Shown: one piece after another, positions 18,387 through 26,957 of the stretch
Layout: the number at the start of each line of letters is the position of its first letter
Position numbering within the stretch: position 1 is the stretch's first letter
Source of the DNA: Burkholderiales bacterium
Lineage (GTDB): Bacteria > Pseudomonadota > Gammaproteobacteria > Burkholderiales > Casimicrobiaceae
Length of the DNA: 46,866 nucleotides
Direction: 5' to 3'
NCBI GenBank assembly: GCA_025925475.1
Contig: JAICLP010000001.1
Coordinates: forward strand, 1-46,866
Notes under the pieces: model-generated
The model's database searches: none
What the model was told of the DNA's origin: nothing
The model's input: only the letters and a program-made list of their open reading frames with translations
Made by a program: the position numbers and the translations under genes

Positions 18387-19180
18387 GCCGCGATCGCCTG
18401 CCGATGTCCTTCCTTCAGCAACCGGCGCAGGCGCGCGGTCGCGCGCGCGAATTCGGGCGCCGCGTAGCTCTCCTCGTTGCGCGGGTACGGAAGGCCGATC
18501 GGCAGCGCCTCGATGATGCGCGCCGGATTCGACGCCATCACGTGCACCTCGCGCGACAGGAACGCCGCCTCGTCGATCGAGTGCGTGACGAGCACGATCG
18601 TCTTCTTCGTGCGTTCCCAGATTCCGAGCAGAAAGTCGCTCATCTCCTCGCGCGTAATCGCGTCGAGCGCGCCGAACGGCTCGTCCATCATCAGCACTTC
18701 CGGATCGAGCGCGAGCGCGCGCGCGATCGACACCCGCTGCCGCATGCCGCCCGACAATTGCGCCGGACGCTTCTCGGCGGCGCGCTCGAGCCCGACGAGC
18801 CGCAACATGTCGGACGCGCGTCCGCGGATCTCGTCGTTGCCGCGTCCTGCATGCGCGACTTCCATCAGCAGCGCGACATTGTCGAGCGCATTCTTCCACG
18901 GCAGCAACGTCGCTTCCTGAAACACGATGCCGATGCGGCGCTGACGGACAGCTTCGATCGGCGTAACGCCGGCGACGGACACGTCACCGGCGGTCGGCGG
19001 CAGCAATCCGGCAAGCACCTTGAGCAGCGTGCTCTTCCCGCATCCCGATGGACCGATCAGCGAGACGAAGCCGCCCTTCGGCACCGACAGGCTGACGTCA
19101 TTCAGGACGCGCGTGACGCGTCCGGCCACCGTGAAGTCGACGCAGACGCCGCGCGCGAGGATATGGGGAGGCGCGTTCAA
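18383..19180 (-). CDS. ABC transporter ATP-binding protein (SsuB/TauB-like)
   Basis: GPSGCGKST, LSGGMRQRVSIARAL, MDEPFGALDAITR. Confidence 0.95.
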   Translation of the reverse strand: MNAPPHILARGVCVDFTVAGRVTRVLNDVSLSVPKGGFVSLIGPSGCGKSTLLKVLAGLLPPTAGDVSVAGVTPIEAVRQRRIGIVFQEATLLPWKNALDNVALLMEVAHAGRGNDEIRGRASDMLRLVGLERAAEKRPAQLSGGMRQRVSIARALALDPEVLMMDEPFGALDAITREEMSDFLLGIWERTKKTIVLVTHSIDEAAFLSREVHVMASNPARIIEALPIGLPYPRNEESYAAPEFARATARLRRLLKEGHRQAIAA

Positions 19181-19193
19181 CGCGATCGCCCCA

Positions 19194-19790
19194 TCAGCCG
19201 GTCGCGGTCGCCTTCTGGAACGCCGGCCGCTTCTGCAACTCGGTCACCCACGCCTGCGTCTTCGGCATCGCCGGCAACCCGAGTGGAAAGCCGATGCAGC
19301 GCTTGACGATCGGGCCGAGCGCGATGTCGGCCAGCGAAAATTGTCCGCCGGCGACCCACGACGATTTCGCAAGTGCGCCTTCGAGCAGCTCGAGCTCGTT
19401 CGCGAGATTGGTCGCGGTATCGGGTGCGCGCTCGCCTTCGGGCTTCTTTGCATCGCGAAAGCCGCCGAGATAGGCGGGATTGAGCTCGGCCAGCAGCCAG
19501 TCCATCCAACGCTCGACCTGCGAGCGCTGCGCCGGATCGGCGGGATAGAGCGTGCTCTTCGTTTTGTTCGCGAGATAGCGCAGGATCGTGTTCGACTGCC
19601 AGACGACGGTGTCGCCGTCGACGAGCGTCGGCACCTTCTGCATCGGGTTCATCGCCGAGTACTCGGGCGTCGTCGTGTTCTGGAACTGGCGGCCGTAGTC
19701 CTTGCGCTCGTAGGGCAACCCGAGTTCCTCGAGGAGGAAGATCACCTTCTGCACGTTGCCGGACGTCGCCCGGCCCAGTAGCTCGATCAT
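19194..19790 (-). CDS. Glutathione S-transferase family protein
   Basis: LLGRATSGNVQKV, NPMQKVPTLVDG, QSNTILRYL, FSLADI. Confidence 0.92.
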   Translation of the reverse strand: MIELLGRATSGNVQKVIFLLEELGLPYERKDYGRQFQNTTTPEYSAMNPMQKVPTLVDGDTVVWQSNTILRYLANKTKSTLYPADPAQRSQVERWMDWLLAELNPAYLGGFRDAKKPEGERAPDTATNLANELELLEGALAKSSWVAGGQFSLADIALGPIVKRCIGFPLGLPAMPKTQAWVTELQKRPAFQKATATG

Positions 19791-19821
19791 CGCTGGTTTC
19801 CTTCTGTTGGTCGTGAATGAA

Positions 19822-20283
19822 TCAAAGCGGCCTGTACGCGATGCATTCGATCTCGATCTTCGTGCTGATCACCGCCCGCGCCTCGACCGTGGTGCGCGCG
19901 ATGCGCCCCTCCGGAAAGTATTCCTTGAACACGCCGTTGTAGCGGCCGAAGTCGCGCGCATCCTCGAGATAGGTCGTCACCTTCACCACGTCGGAGAGCT
20001 CGCAGCCCGCATCGGCGAGCACGCGCTTGACGGCTTCGAGCGTCGCGCGCGTCTCCTCCTCGATGGTGCCGGCGACCATGTTGCCATTGGCGTCCTTGCC
20101 CACCTGCCCCGACACGTAGACGTAATCGCCGGCGCGGACAGCCGGGTGAAACGGCAGGTTCGGATTCTTCTTGCCGTAGACCTCGATATTGCGCGAATGA
20201 TCCCCCCACGCTCGCGGCTCCGCCGCATCGCTGCCCCCCGGGGGGGCGGAATTCGCGCTTGGAGGCGGCTCTGCAGCGCTCAT
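19822..20283 (-). CDS. RidA/YjgF family protein with a repeat-derived N-terminal extension
   Basis: PFHPAVRAGDYVYVSGQV, DVVKVTTYL, ARTTV, IEIECIAY. Confidence 0.9.
   Translation of the reverse strand: MSAAEPPPSANSAPPGGSDAAEPRAWGDHSRNIEVYGKKNPNLPFHPAVRAGDYVYVSGQVGKDANGNMVAGTIEEETRATLEAVKRVLADAGCELSDVVKVTTYLEDARDFGRYNGVFKEYFPEGRIARTTVEARAVISTKIEIECIAYRPL
20201..20283. repeat. GC-rich palindromic repeat element, copy B
   Basis: TCCCCCCACGCTCGCGGCTCCGCCGCATCGCTGCCCCCCGGGGGGGCGGAATTCGCGCTTGGAGGCGGCTCTGCAGCGCTCAT; central C-run/G-run hairpin. Confidence 0.8.
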
Positions 20284-20308
20284 TGGAGAGATTCCGTCAA
20301 CAGGCGGT

Positions 20309-21439
20309 TCACGACACGCGGCTTTCGATGATGCTCAAGCCCCGCTGCCGGTCGATCAGGTAGATGAGCCCCGACGGGTCGACGGTGCAGTCGTTCGACG
20401 ACGGCATCGCATAGCCTTCGGGCGTATCCGGCTCGTAAAAGCCGACCTCGTGCGGCGCGAACGGATCGCTCACGTCGACGAGCCGCAAGCCGCGCGCGAA
20501 CCACGCGAACGGAATCGTCGTGCCGTGGAAGCGTTCGGACGGCTGATGGCAACCCATCATCGGCGGTTGCGGGGCACCGTCGACATCGAGGCCTGGCACC
20601 TGGAACGTCGCGATCGGGGTGGGCTGCCGCTCGAAGCTGATGTCGTAGACCCACGCGAAGGCCGGCGGCGACGGCCGCAGCTTCGCGACGTCTTCGTCGG
20701 CGACGAGCATGATGTCGCGGCCCTTGAGCTTCGTCGGCATGCGAAGCGCCGTATGCGTCGGATGCGGGTCGGCGGGACCGGTGTTCACGGCCGACACGAG
20801 CGCCGGCTTCGACATGTCGGAAATGTCGAGGATGAAAAAGCCGTGATGCCAGTACGAGACGTAGAGGCGATCGCCATGCCGCAGCGGGTGATGGCAGCGC
20901 GGCTTCACGTAATCGTCCCATGGATACTCTTCGCCGCCGGCGACGTGCTGCCCGGGAATCCACCAGCGGCCGACTTCGTCGGGCGCCTCGGGATTGGCGA
21001 GGTCGAGGATCATCATGATGTTGCCGACATAGCCTTCCGCCGTCGGCGAGATGTACGCGTAGCGGCCGTCGAAGTCGTAGCGGTGCACGCCGCCGCCTTC
21101 GCCATTGACGCGCCATTTGTTCACGAGCTTCGGTCGGGAAGGCGTCGACACGTCGAAGATGCCGAGGCCGCCGCCGAACTCGGGCGCGCCGTCGCGGAAC
21201 TTCTCGTAGTTGACGACCATCAGGCCGTTCGCCACGCGCACCTTGTGCGAATGCCATCCCATCGGCACGTCGAGCTTCGCAATCAGCCGCGGATGCTTCG
21301 GGTCGGCCACGTCGTAGATCGACGTGCCATCGGGTGGCCGCATATGCGATACGTAAAGCGTATCGCGGTCCCACCAGACCTGTCCGCCCCCGGGACAGTC
21401 GATGTAGCTCACGAGCCTCGTGTTCGACGCGCGCGCCAT
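20309..21439 (-). CDS. LVIVD-repeat beta-propeller protein
   Basis: Repeats of the type IYDVADPKHP, IFDVSTPSRP, ILDLANPEAP, ILDISDMSKP, LVDVSDPFAP; several His motifs (HSHK, GVH, CHHP, HPTHT, GCHQ); ATG at 21439. Confidence 0.85.
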   Translation of the reverse strand: MARASNTRLVSYIDCPGGGQVWWDRDTLYVSHMRPPDGTSIYDVADPKHPRLIAKLDVPMGWHSHKVRVANGLMVVNYEKFRDGAPEFGGGLGIFDVSTPSRPKLVNKWRVNGEGGGVHRYDFDGRYAYISPTAEGYVGNIMMILDLANPEAPDEVGRWWIPGQHVAGGEEYPWDDYVKPRCHHPLRHGDRLYVSYWHHGFFILDISDMSKPALVSAVNTGPADPHPTHTALRMPTKLKGRDIMLVADEDVAKLRPSPPAFAWVYDISFERQPTPIATFQVPGLDVDGAPQPPMMGCHQPSERFHGTTIPFAWFARGLRLVDVSDPFAPHEVGFYEPDTPEGYAMPSSNDCTVDPSGLIYLIDRQRGLSIIESRVS

Positions 21440-21450
21440 GATTTTTGCCG

Positions 21451-22590
21451 TTACCGCAGATCGACGACGTCGCCTGCGGCGGTTCGTCCATAACGCGTGA
21501 GAAGACCGAATGCAGCGAGGGCCGGCTCGTCGCTTGCGACGAACAGGATCAGCGGATCGCTGCCATCGTTGACGTACTCGACCCAATGCCCGCCGGGAAT
21601 CGCGACGGTGTCGAACGGCTCGAGGTCGAAGCGCTGACCGTCGATCAGCGTGTGGCCGCGCCCCTCGAACGGCGCGACGAGCAGGCTCGCCGACTGCCTG
21701 ATCGGCAGCGTCGTCTCGCCCTTGCGCACCATCTGCATGAAGAACGTCATCGTCCTGTAGACCGGGCCGCCGGTCAGCGGATCGACGTACTCGATCAGCA
21801 GGCCTTCGTGCGGGTTGTCGGCGAAGTCGCGATGCTTCTCGAGCAATTCGCGCATCGCCTCGTAGCGATAGACGTACATCGGCGAGGAACCGCCGACGCC
21901 GCGGAAGTGGTCGACGAACCGCAGCTTGAGCCCGCCCGCGCCGTAGACGCGCGCCGAGTAATCGCTGGGGAAGCGTGCCGTCTGCTTCTTCGCGGCGACG
22001 CCGCCTTCCTTGTAGTCGTGATCGAAGGCGAGCGCGTTCAGGTTCTCGACCAGTGGATAGTCGAGCACCGACAGATTGATCGCCGGCTCGTCGCCCACGT
22101 TGCCGTGGTTGTGCCAGGTGTCGCGCGGCGTCAGCACCATGTCGCCCGGGCCGAACGTGATGTCCTCGCCTTCGACACCGGTGAAGTTCTTCGCACCCGT
22201 GAGGCCGAAGCGAATCGCGCTCGCCGTGTGCCGATGCGGCGGCATGATCTCGTTCGGATCGTTCAGCCGATAGGCCGTGTACAGCGTACTGACACTTGCG
22301 CGCCGCGGCGCAAGGCCGGGATTGATCAGTATCAGCGAGCGGCGGTCGGTGTCTCCGGTCGTGACGAGCTGCGCGGATCGGTGCAGCAGCGATTCGATGT
22401 CGTCCTTGTAGCTCCAGCGAAACGGCAAGGGCTTCGGCCCGTTCATCAGTTGCCGGATCTCGTCGTGCTCGACGTCCGACGATTTCGCCCAGAACGGAAA
22501 CATGTTTCGCGCGCCGATCTCGGCATACATGTCGCGCAGCGCGGCTTCCTTTGCAGGTCCCGTCAGTTTCAGTTCGTGAGGATTACCCAT
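21451..22590 (-). CDS. Bicupin ring-cleaving dioxygenase, gentisate 1,2-dioxygenase-like
   Basis: RRSLILINPGL, PPHRHTASAIRF, GDMVLTP..TWHNHGN, IEYVDPLTGGPV; ATG at 22590. Confidence 0.85.
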   Translation of the reverse strand: MGNPHELKLTGPAKEAALRDMYAEIGARNMFPFWAKSSDVEHDEIRQLMNGPKPLPFRWSYKDDIESLLHRSAQLVTTGDTDRRSLILINPGLAPRRASVSTLYTAYRLNDPNEIMPPHRHTASAIRFGLTGAKNFTGVEGEDITFGPGDMVLTPRDTWHNHGNVGDEPAINLSVLDYPLVENLNALAFDHDYKEGGVAAKKQTARFPSDYSARVYGAGGLKLRFVDHFRGVGGSSPMYVYRYEAMRELLEKHRDFADNPHEGLLIEYVDPLTGGPVYRTMTFFMQMVRKGETTLPIRQSASLLVAPFEGRGHTLIDGQRFDLEPFDTVAIPGGHWVEYVNDGSDPLILFVASDEPALAAFGLLTRYGRTAAGDVVDLR

Positions 22591-22661
22591 CGTGACCTGC
22601 CTCCGAAGCGTCGATTCGCCGGATAGTGCCAAGCGCGCGCGATGCTGTCAACCACGTGATG

Positions 22662-22687
22662 ACCATGCCGACTATGGTTGGACACCA
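22662..22687. promoter_or_regulatory. Possible FadR-type operator (TGGT-N5-ACCA at 22675-22687, overlapping ACCAT-N7-ATGGT)
   Basis: Inverted repeats between the divergent cupin and GntR genes. Confidence 0.35.
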
Positions 22688-22779
22688 GAGCCTCTGCAGG
22701 CACCGCACCATTCGTCGTCGGCCGACTTGAATTCCATTCAAAACGCGACTAGCATCCGGCCATCGCAGGAGTCGCAACC

Positions 22780-23442
22780 ATGCGCAACCAGGCTCGACCG
22801 GAGGCTTCAAAGGAACCGTCCATCACGACGCTTGCCCGCCAATTGCGAACGCGCCTTTCGAGCGGCGAAGCGTTGCCGGCCGAGCGCGCGCTGGCGGAAC
22901 AATACGGCGTCAAGCGACACCGCGTACGCCAGGCCCTCGCGCAATTGCGCGAGCAGGGAGACCTCGATTCGTCGCCGCGAGCCAACGCCGTCGACGGCGA
23001 GTCGATGATCCGCTCGACCAATCCGATCGAGGTGATCGAGTTGCGACTTGCGCTGGAGCCCGCGCTGGCGCGCCTTGCCGCGGTCCGGGCGACACCGCTC
23101 GAAATCGCGCGCATCATGCGCGCCGCGACGACGCCTGCGGATGCGCAGCGCAACACGCAGGATCTCGTGTTTCACAAGCTGGTCGCGGCGGCGAGCGGCA
23201 ACGGACTGGCCGCCGATCTTTACGCGCTGCTGCGCAAGGTGGGATCCGACGCGCGCGTGCGCGTGCAGAGCAGCGACCCGCAGTGTCCCAATCGCCTTGC
23301 GCAGCGCGACCAGGAGCATCACGGCGTCGCGGAAGCGATCGCGGCGCGCGATCCCGAGCGTGCGGAAGCGGCGATGCGGACGCACCTGAACGCCGTGCAC
23401 CGCATCATCCTGAACCGCCTGATGGCCGCTAACGCGGCGTGA
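22780..23442 (+). CDS. GntR/FadR family regulator
   Basis: LPAERALAEQYGVKRHRVRQAL HTH; IELRLALEPALARLAA, DLVFH, QEHHGV..AI..RDPERAEAAMRTHL. Confidence 0.9.
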   Translation: MRNQARPEASKEPSITTLARQLRTRLSSGEALPAERALAEQYGVKRHRVRQALAQLREQGDLDSSPRANAVDGESMIRSTNPIEVIELRLALEPALARLAAVRATPLEIARIMRAATTPADAQRNTQDLVFHKLVAAASGNGLAADLYALLRKVGSDARVRVQSSDPQCPNRLAQRDQEHHGVAEAIAARDPERAEAAMRTHLNAVHRIILNRLMAANAA

Positions 23443-23457
23443 CGTTCGGCTCGTTCG

Positions 23458-24627
23458 CTAGTCGCACGGCAACCCGTTCGTGCCCGTGAGCCGAACCCAG
23501 GTTCGCTCGCCCGCACCGCTTGGCAGCGGCGGCTGCAGACCCGCGCGCGACGCGTATTCGAAGTGCATCGACGTGCAATCGGGAAACGCGACCGAGACGG
23601 TTCCCCACGGCGACTGCGCCGAGGTCGCGCCGAAATCACCGGCGAATCCGCCGCCGCCAAACGACGACATCGGCACGCTGACGGCGCGCACGCCCGGCAC
23701 GAACGGTGCCGTCCCGAACAGCCAGAACGATGTGCCATCGGCGTCGTAGGTGAACCACGCAAGCGACACGTAGCGCGAAGGCTCGCTGGCCGTGGGACCC
23801 CGGTCACCCACTTCGACGATCATCCCTTCGCCGGCGTGCGCGGGATCGAAATAGTTGCCCGCGTTGTAACCGGTGATCGGCATCGGTGCGCTCGCGTCCG
23901 GAAACGCGGTCGGGTCATACGCGGGAATCGACAGCACGAGCGCCGGTGGCGGCGGGCTGATGCCGTCCGCCTGCGGGTTCGGGATCGTGACGTCGAGCGC
24001 CTTGTTGAAATCGAACGTCGAGCCCGGCACGTCGGGAGGCAGCGCCGACGGCACGAGGAGGCCCGGAAAGTCGGCGTCCTGCCGCACGTTCTCGACGACC
24101 AGCGTGACCGCCGAAGCGATGAGCGCACCGGGCTGGATGCTCGCCGTGCGGGTGTTCGGTTCCTGCGCAAGGCGCATGGTCGCCGTGTGACCCGCCTGCC
24201 GTGCGACGAGGCCGTAAGAGAACGGGAACTGCACGGCGAGCGTCGGATCGGCATTGAGCGCGCGCGCGATGCGCACGAGCAGCGCCGAACGGCCACCTTC
24301 GCAAGCGACGCGCCAGAACGCGAAGTCGACCGTCTCGAACCCTTGATATTCGGACGTTTCGAGATTCACCTGCGCGAGTTTCGTCGGTTGCCGATACGAG
24401 AGGGCCGGCGGGGTATCGACGAGCGGCGCGGACAGGCAACTTGGCGGATATCCAGCGCCGTTCGCCGCGACGGGCCCCGTCGTCACGGCCGTCGCCACTC
24501 CGGGCACGATGGCGGCGGCGAGCAACAGTGGAATGACCGGAAGTACGGTGATGCGCAGACCGCACCCAGCCGCACGCGTGCGCGCTTGCGGACGGAGTGA
24601 CGCTTGCAAAGCCGGCAACGGCATTTG
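23458..24627 (-). CDS. Hypothetical secreted protein
   Basis: Long open frame with a hydrophobic signal-like segment (VLPVIPLLLAAAIVPGVATA) and a C-terminal GNYFDPAHAGEG...AWFTYDADG...WGTVSVAFPDC module; start uncertain. Confidence 0.65.
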   Translation of the reverse strand, partial: QMPLPALQASLRPQARTRAAGCGLRITVLPVIPLLLAAAIVPGVATAVTTGPVAANGAGYPPSCLSAPLVDTPPALSYRQPTKLAQVNLETSEYQGFETVDFAFWRVACEGGRSALLVRIARALNADPTLAVQFPFSYGLVARQAGHTATMRLAQEPNTRTASIQPGALIASAVTLVVENVRQDADFPGLLVPSALPPDVPGSTFDFNKALDVTIPNPQADGISPPPPALVLSIPAYDPTAFPDASAPMPITGYNAGNYFDPAHAGEGMIVEVGDRGPTASEPSRYVSLAWFTYDADGTSFWLFGTAPFVPGVRAVSVPMSSFGGGGFAGDFGATSAQSPWGTVSVAFPDCTSMHFEYASRAGLQPPLPSGAGERTWVRLTGTNGLPCD

Positions 24628-24811
24628 ATTCTCTCCCCCGTGCGCCACGTTGTCTGGATTCCGTCCCCGAGGGGGACGGTCGAGCAGCGCGTAGTCTAGG
24701 GCGCGCTCGTCTTCCATTCGTTTCGTCGCGGCGCCCGATTTGTTTCATCTGTTTCGCGACACGCGCCGTGCCGGCATCGTGCGGGTCCGTCTCGATCTGC
24801 CGGGGAAAGGA

Positions 24812-25756
24812 TCAACCCGACAGCGCCTTCTTCGACGCCACGAAGAGCCGGCCACGCTCGCGGGCGAGCCGCTCGACTTCCTCGCGCGTGTAATCGAACA
24901 GCCCTGCCTGCGTCTTGATGCCCAGCTTGCCGTCGCTCACCTTGGCGGTCACCGTCGACGAAATGCCGCTGCCGTTGCAAAGGTCCCTGTTGAGATAGCT
25001 CGCCACGGAGGTGTAGATGTCGAGGCCCGCCATGTCGAGAAGGCGCAGCGGACCGACGACACCGAGCTTGTAGCCGATGCCCCAGCGCACGATCGTGTCG
25101 ATCGCTTCGGCAGACGCCACGCGCTCGTCGAGCAGATGCAGCGCCTCGCGCATGATCGCGTAGAGGATGCGGTTCTCGACGAATCCGGGCACATCGCGAT
25201 CGACGACCGCCGGCAACATGCGCAGGCTTTCGACGACCGCTTTCGTCGTGTCCATCGTCGCCGTCGACGTTTGCGCGCCCTTGACGATCTCGATCACCGG
25301 AATCAGGTGCGGCGGGTTCGACCAGTGCATGCCGACGACCCGGCCGGGGCTCGGCAAGCCTTCCTGCAGTGCAGAGATCGGAATGCCCGACGTGTCGGAC
25401 GCGAGGATCGCGTCCTCGCGGGTCTTCTCGGACAACGACGCGAAGATCGAGCGCTTGAGCTCGAGACGCTCGGGCGCGTTCTCGAGGACGAAATCGGCGG
25501 CGGCAATCGCGTCGGACGCATCGACGGCGAGGGTCAATCGCGCTCGCGCTTCGTCGACGTCGGAGATCGTGGCAAAACCGCCGGCCCGCAAGGTGTCGAA
25601 GACGAATTCGACGCTGGCACCCGCCTTGGCGATCTGCTTTGCATCGACGTCGGACAGTGTCGTCGCATATCCGTAACGCGCGAAGGTGGCAGCGATGCCG
25701 GGTCCCATCGTCCCGGCCCCGAGAATGACGACGTTCCTGATGTTCTCGACGGTCAT
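24812..25756 (-). CDS. 3-hydroxyacyl-CoA dehydrogenase family, FHMPC (5-formyl-3-hydroxy-2-methylpyridine-4-carboxylate) dehydrogenase-like
   Basis: GAGTMGPG, ASDTSGIPI, GMHWSNPPHLIP, DVPGFVENR, WGIGYK..V.GP..LLDMAGLDIY; these blocks match my recollection of the Mesorhizobium vitamin B6 pathway enzyme. Confidence 0.8.
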   Translation of the reverse strand: MTVENIRNVVILGAGTMGPGIAATFARYGYATTLSDVDAKQIAKAGASVEFVFDTLRAGGFATISDVDEARARLTLAVDASDAIAAADFVLENAPERLELKRSIFASLSEKTREDAILASDTSGIPISALQEGLPSPGRVVGMHWSNPPHLIPVIEIVKGAQTSTATMDTTKAVVESLRMLPAVVDRDVPGFVENRILYAIMREALHLLDERVASAEAIDTIVRWGIGYKLGVVGPLRLLDMAGLDIYTSVASYLNRDLCNGSGISSTVTAKVSDGKLGIKTQAGLFDYTREEVERLARERGRLFVASKKALSG

Positions 25757-25772
25757 GATCATTTCCTGCGCA

Positions 25773-25804
25773 CCAAACAAAGAGGCCCGCGCGGAGCGGG
25801 CCTC
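25773..25804 (-). terminator. Rho-independent terminator
   Basis: 9-bp stem GAGGCCCGC/GCGGGCCTC with a 5-nt loop, followed by TTTGTTT on the minus strand, 20 bp after the stop of 25825..26085. Confidence 0.7.
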
Positions 25805-25824
25805 GCAGCTCACACAAGGCGACG

Positions 25825-26085
25825 TCAGTTGTTCTTCGCCACCACGGTCGAGCGCTCGACCTTCGACGGCGCCGTTGACTTCTTCGCGACGGTCTGCTTG
25901 TTCGCGGTGACCTTCGCAACGGCATGCGTCGACTTGCTCGCGGAAGCCTGCACCTGCGCTTTGTCGACAGGCGTCGACGATGCCATAGAAGCCTGCTGGC
26001 CGTGGTCGCCACCACAGTCTGCCCACGTCATCGCAGGTGCGAGCGCGAAGACAGCGAGCGTCAAACCGGTCATGATCTTCTTCAT
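25825..26085 (-). CDS. Small secreted Ala/Lys/Ser-rich hypothetical protein
   Basis: Strong RBS (AAAGGAGGT), signal peptide MKKIMTGLTLAVFALAPAMTWA, followed by a terminator. Confidence 0.75.
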   Translation of the reverse strand: MKKIMTGLTLAVFALAPAMTWADCGGDHGQQASMASSTPVDKAQVQASASKSTHAVAKVTANKQTVAKKSTAPSKVERSTVVAKNN

Positions 26086-26172
26086 CGGACCACCTCCTTT
26101 CGCGGTTGCCGAGCGGTCAATCTGCGCGCAATCGGCGGGCGTGTCAACAGCCGCGAGCGCGCACCACGTCCG

Positions 26173-26865
26173 CTATCGGAACTCGGCCAATTCGGGATCG
26201 TCGATGCGCTGCGCGGGCAGGCCCGTTATGGCGGGCAGCTCGGACAATCGCGGCACGCCGACCTTGAAGCGCACCTCGCCTTCAGACTTCCATACCATCA
26301 GCGGCGTCCCCGGCGCGCCGAACGCACGCATCAACTCGGTGTTCGCCCGCAATCGCGCGGCCAGCGCCTTGGGCACGTTAGCGAGCGGCGTGATGCCGCC
26401 GTCGAATTTCGACGCGTCGTAGCGGGTCTCGTTCGTGTGCAGCGCCGCGACGCGATCGGGCGCCTGCATGATCGCCGCCGCACGTCCGACCGAGCTTGGC
26501 TGCTGATAGGCGACCGGCACCCAGCGAACCTGCAATCCCGCCTTCTCGTAAGGCTGCAGCGCCTTCCAGGTGAGGTGACAATAGAAGCAGTTGGCGTCGA
26601 AGAACACGTACACGAGATGCTGGGCAGACCTGGCGCCTTCGACGACGGCATCTGCCATTTCGAGCTGCGCGAACAGCGCGTCGACCTTGTGCGAGGACGC
26701 GGGTTTCGCCGATGCGTTGCCCGCCGCCTCGGCCAACGGCGCGGAAACGGCGGCGGCGACGAGCGTCCACGCAACCGCCTTGATCAGCCAACCCGTGATG
26801 CGCCCGCAACGATCGAATGCGCACGTGGCGGAAAGGCGTTTCCTCGATACAGGCTCGATGTCCAT
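26173..26865 (-). CDS. dsbG: Thiol:disulfide interchange protein, DsbG-like
   Basis: VYVFFDANCFYCHLTW (CxxC), QVRWVPV, GAPGTP cis-Pro loop; start uncertain. Confidence 0.8.
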   Translation of the reverse strand: MDIEPVSRKRLSATCAFDRCGRITGWLIKAVAWTLVAAAVSAPLAEAAGNASAKPASSHKVDALFAQLEMADAVVEGARSAQHLVYVFFDANCFYCHLTWKALQPYEKAGLQVRWVPVAYQQPSSVGRAAAIMQAPDRVAALHTNETRYDASKFDGGITPLANVPKALAARLRANTELMRAFGAPGTPLMVWKSEGEVRFKVGVPRLSELPAITGLPAQRIDDPELAEFR

Positions 26866-26957
26866 CGGCACCTCGATTGTCGTTCCTTTGGGGACTGTAA
26901 CGGATAATGCCGTACAACAGCGATCGAGCTTGCCTTGTGCCGGTCGGAGGAGATTCC

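Noticed and set aside
16339-18899. Apparent long N-terminal extensions of the ABC binding protein and permease (likewise ORFs 1652..3082, 35947..37077, 37267..38670)
   Set aside because: The extensions overlap upstream genes in other frames; the true starts are downstream.
24661-24679. C-run/G-run hairpin as a third copy of the coding repeat
   Set aside because: It shares only the hairpin core and lacks the flanking conserved blocks.
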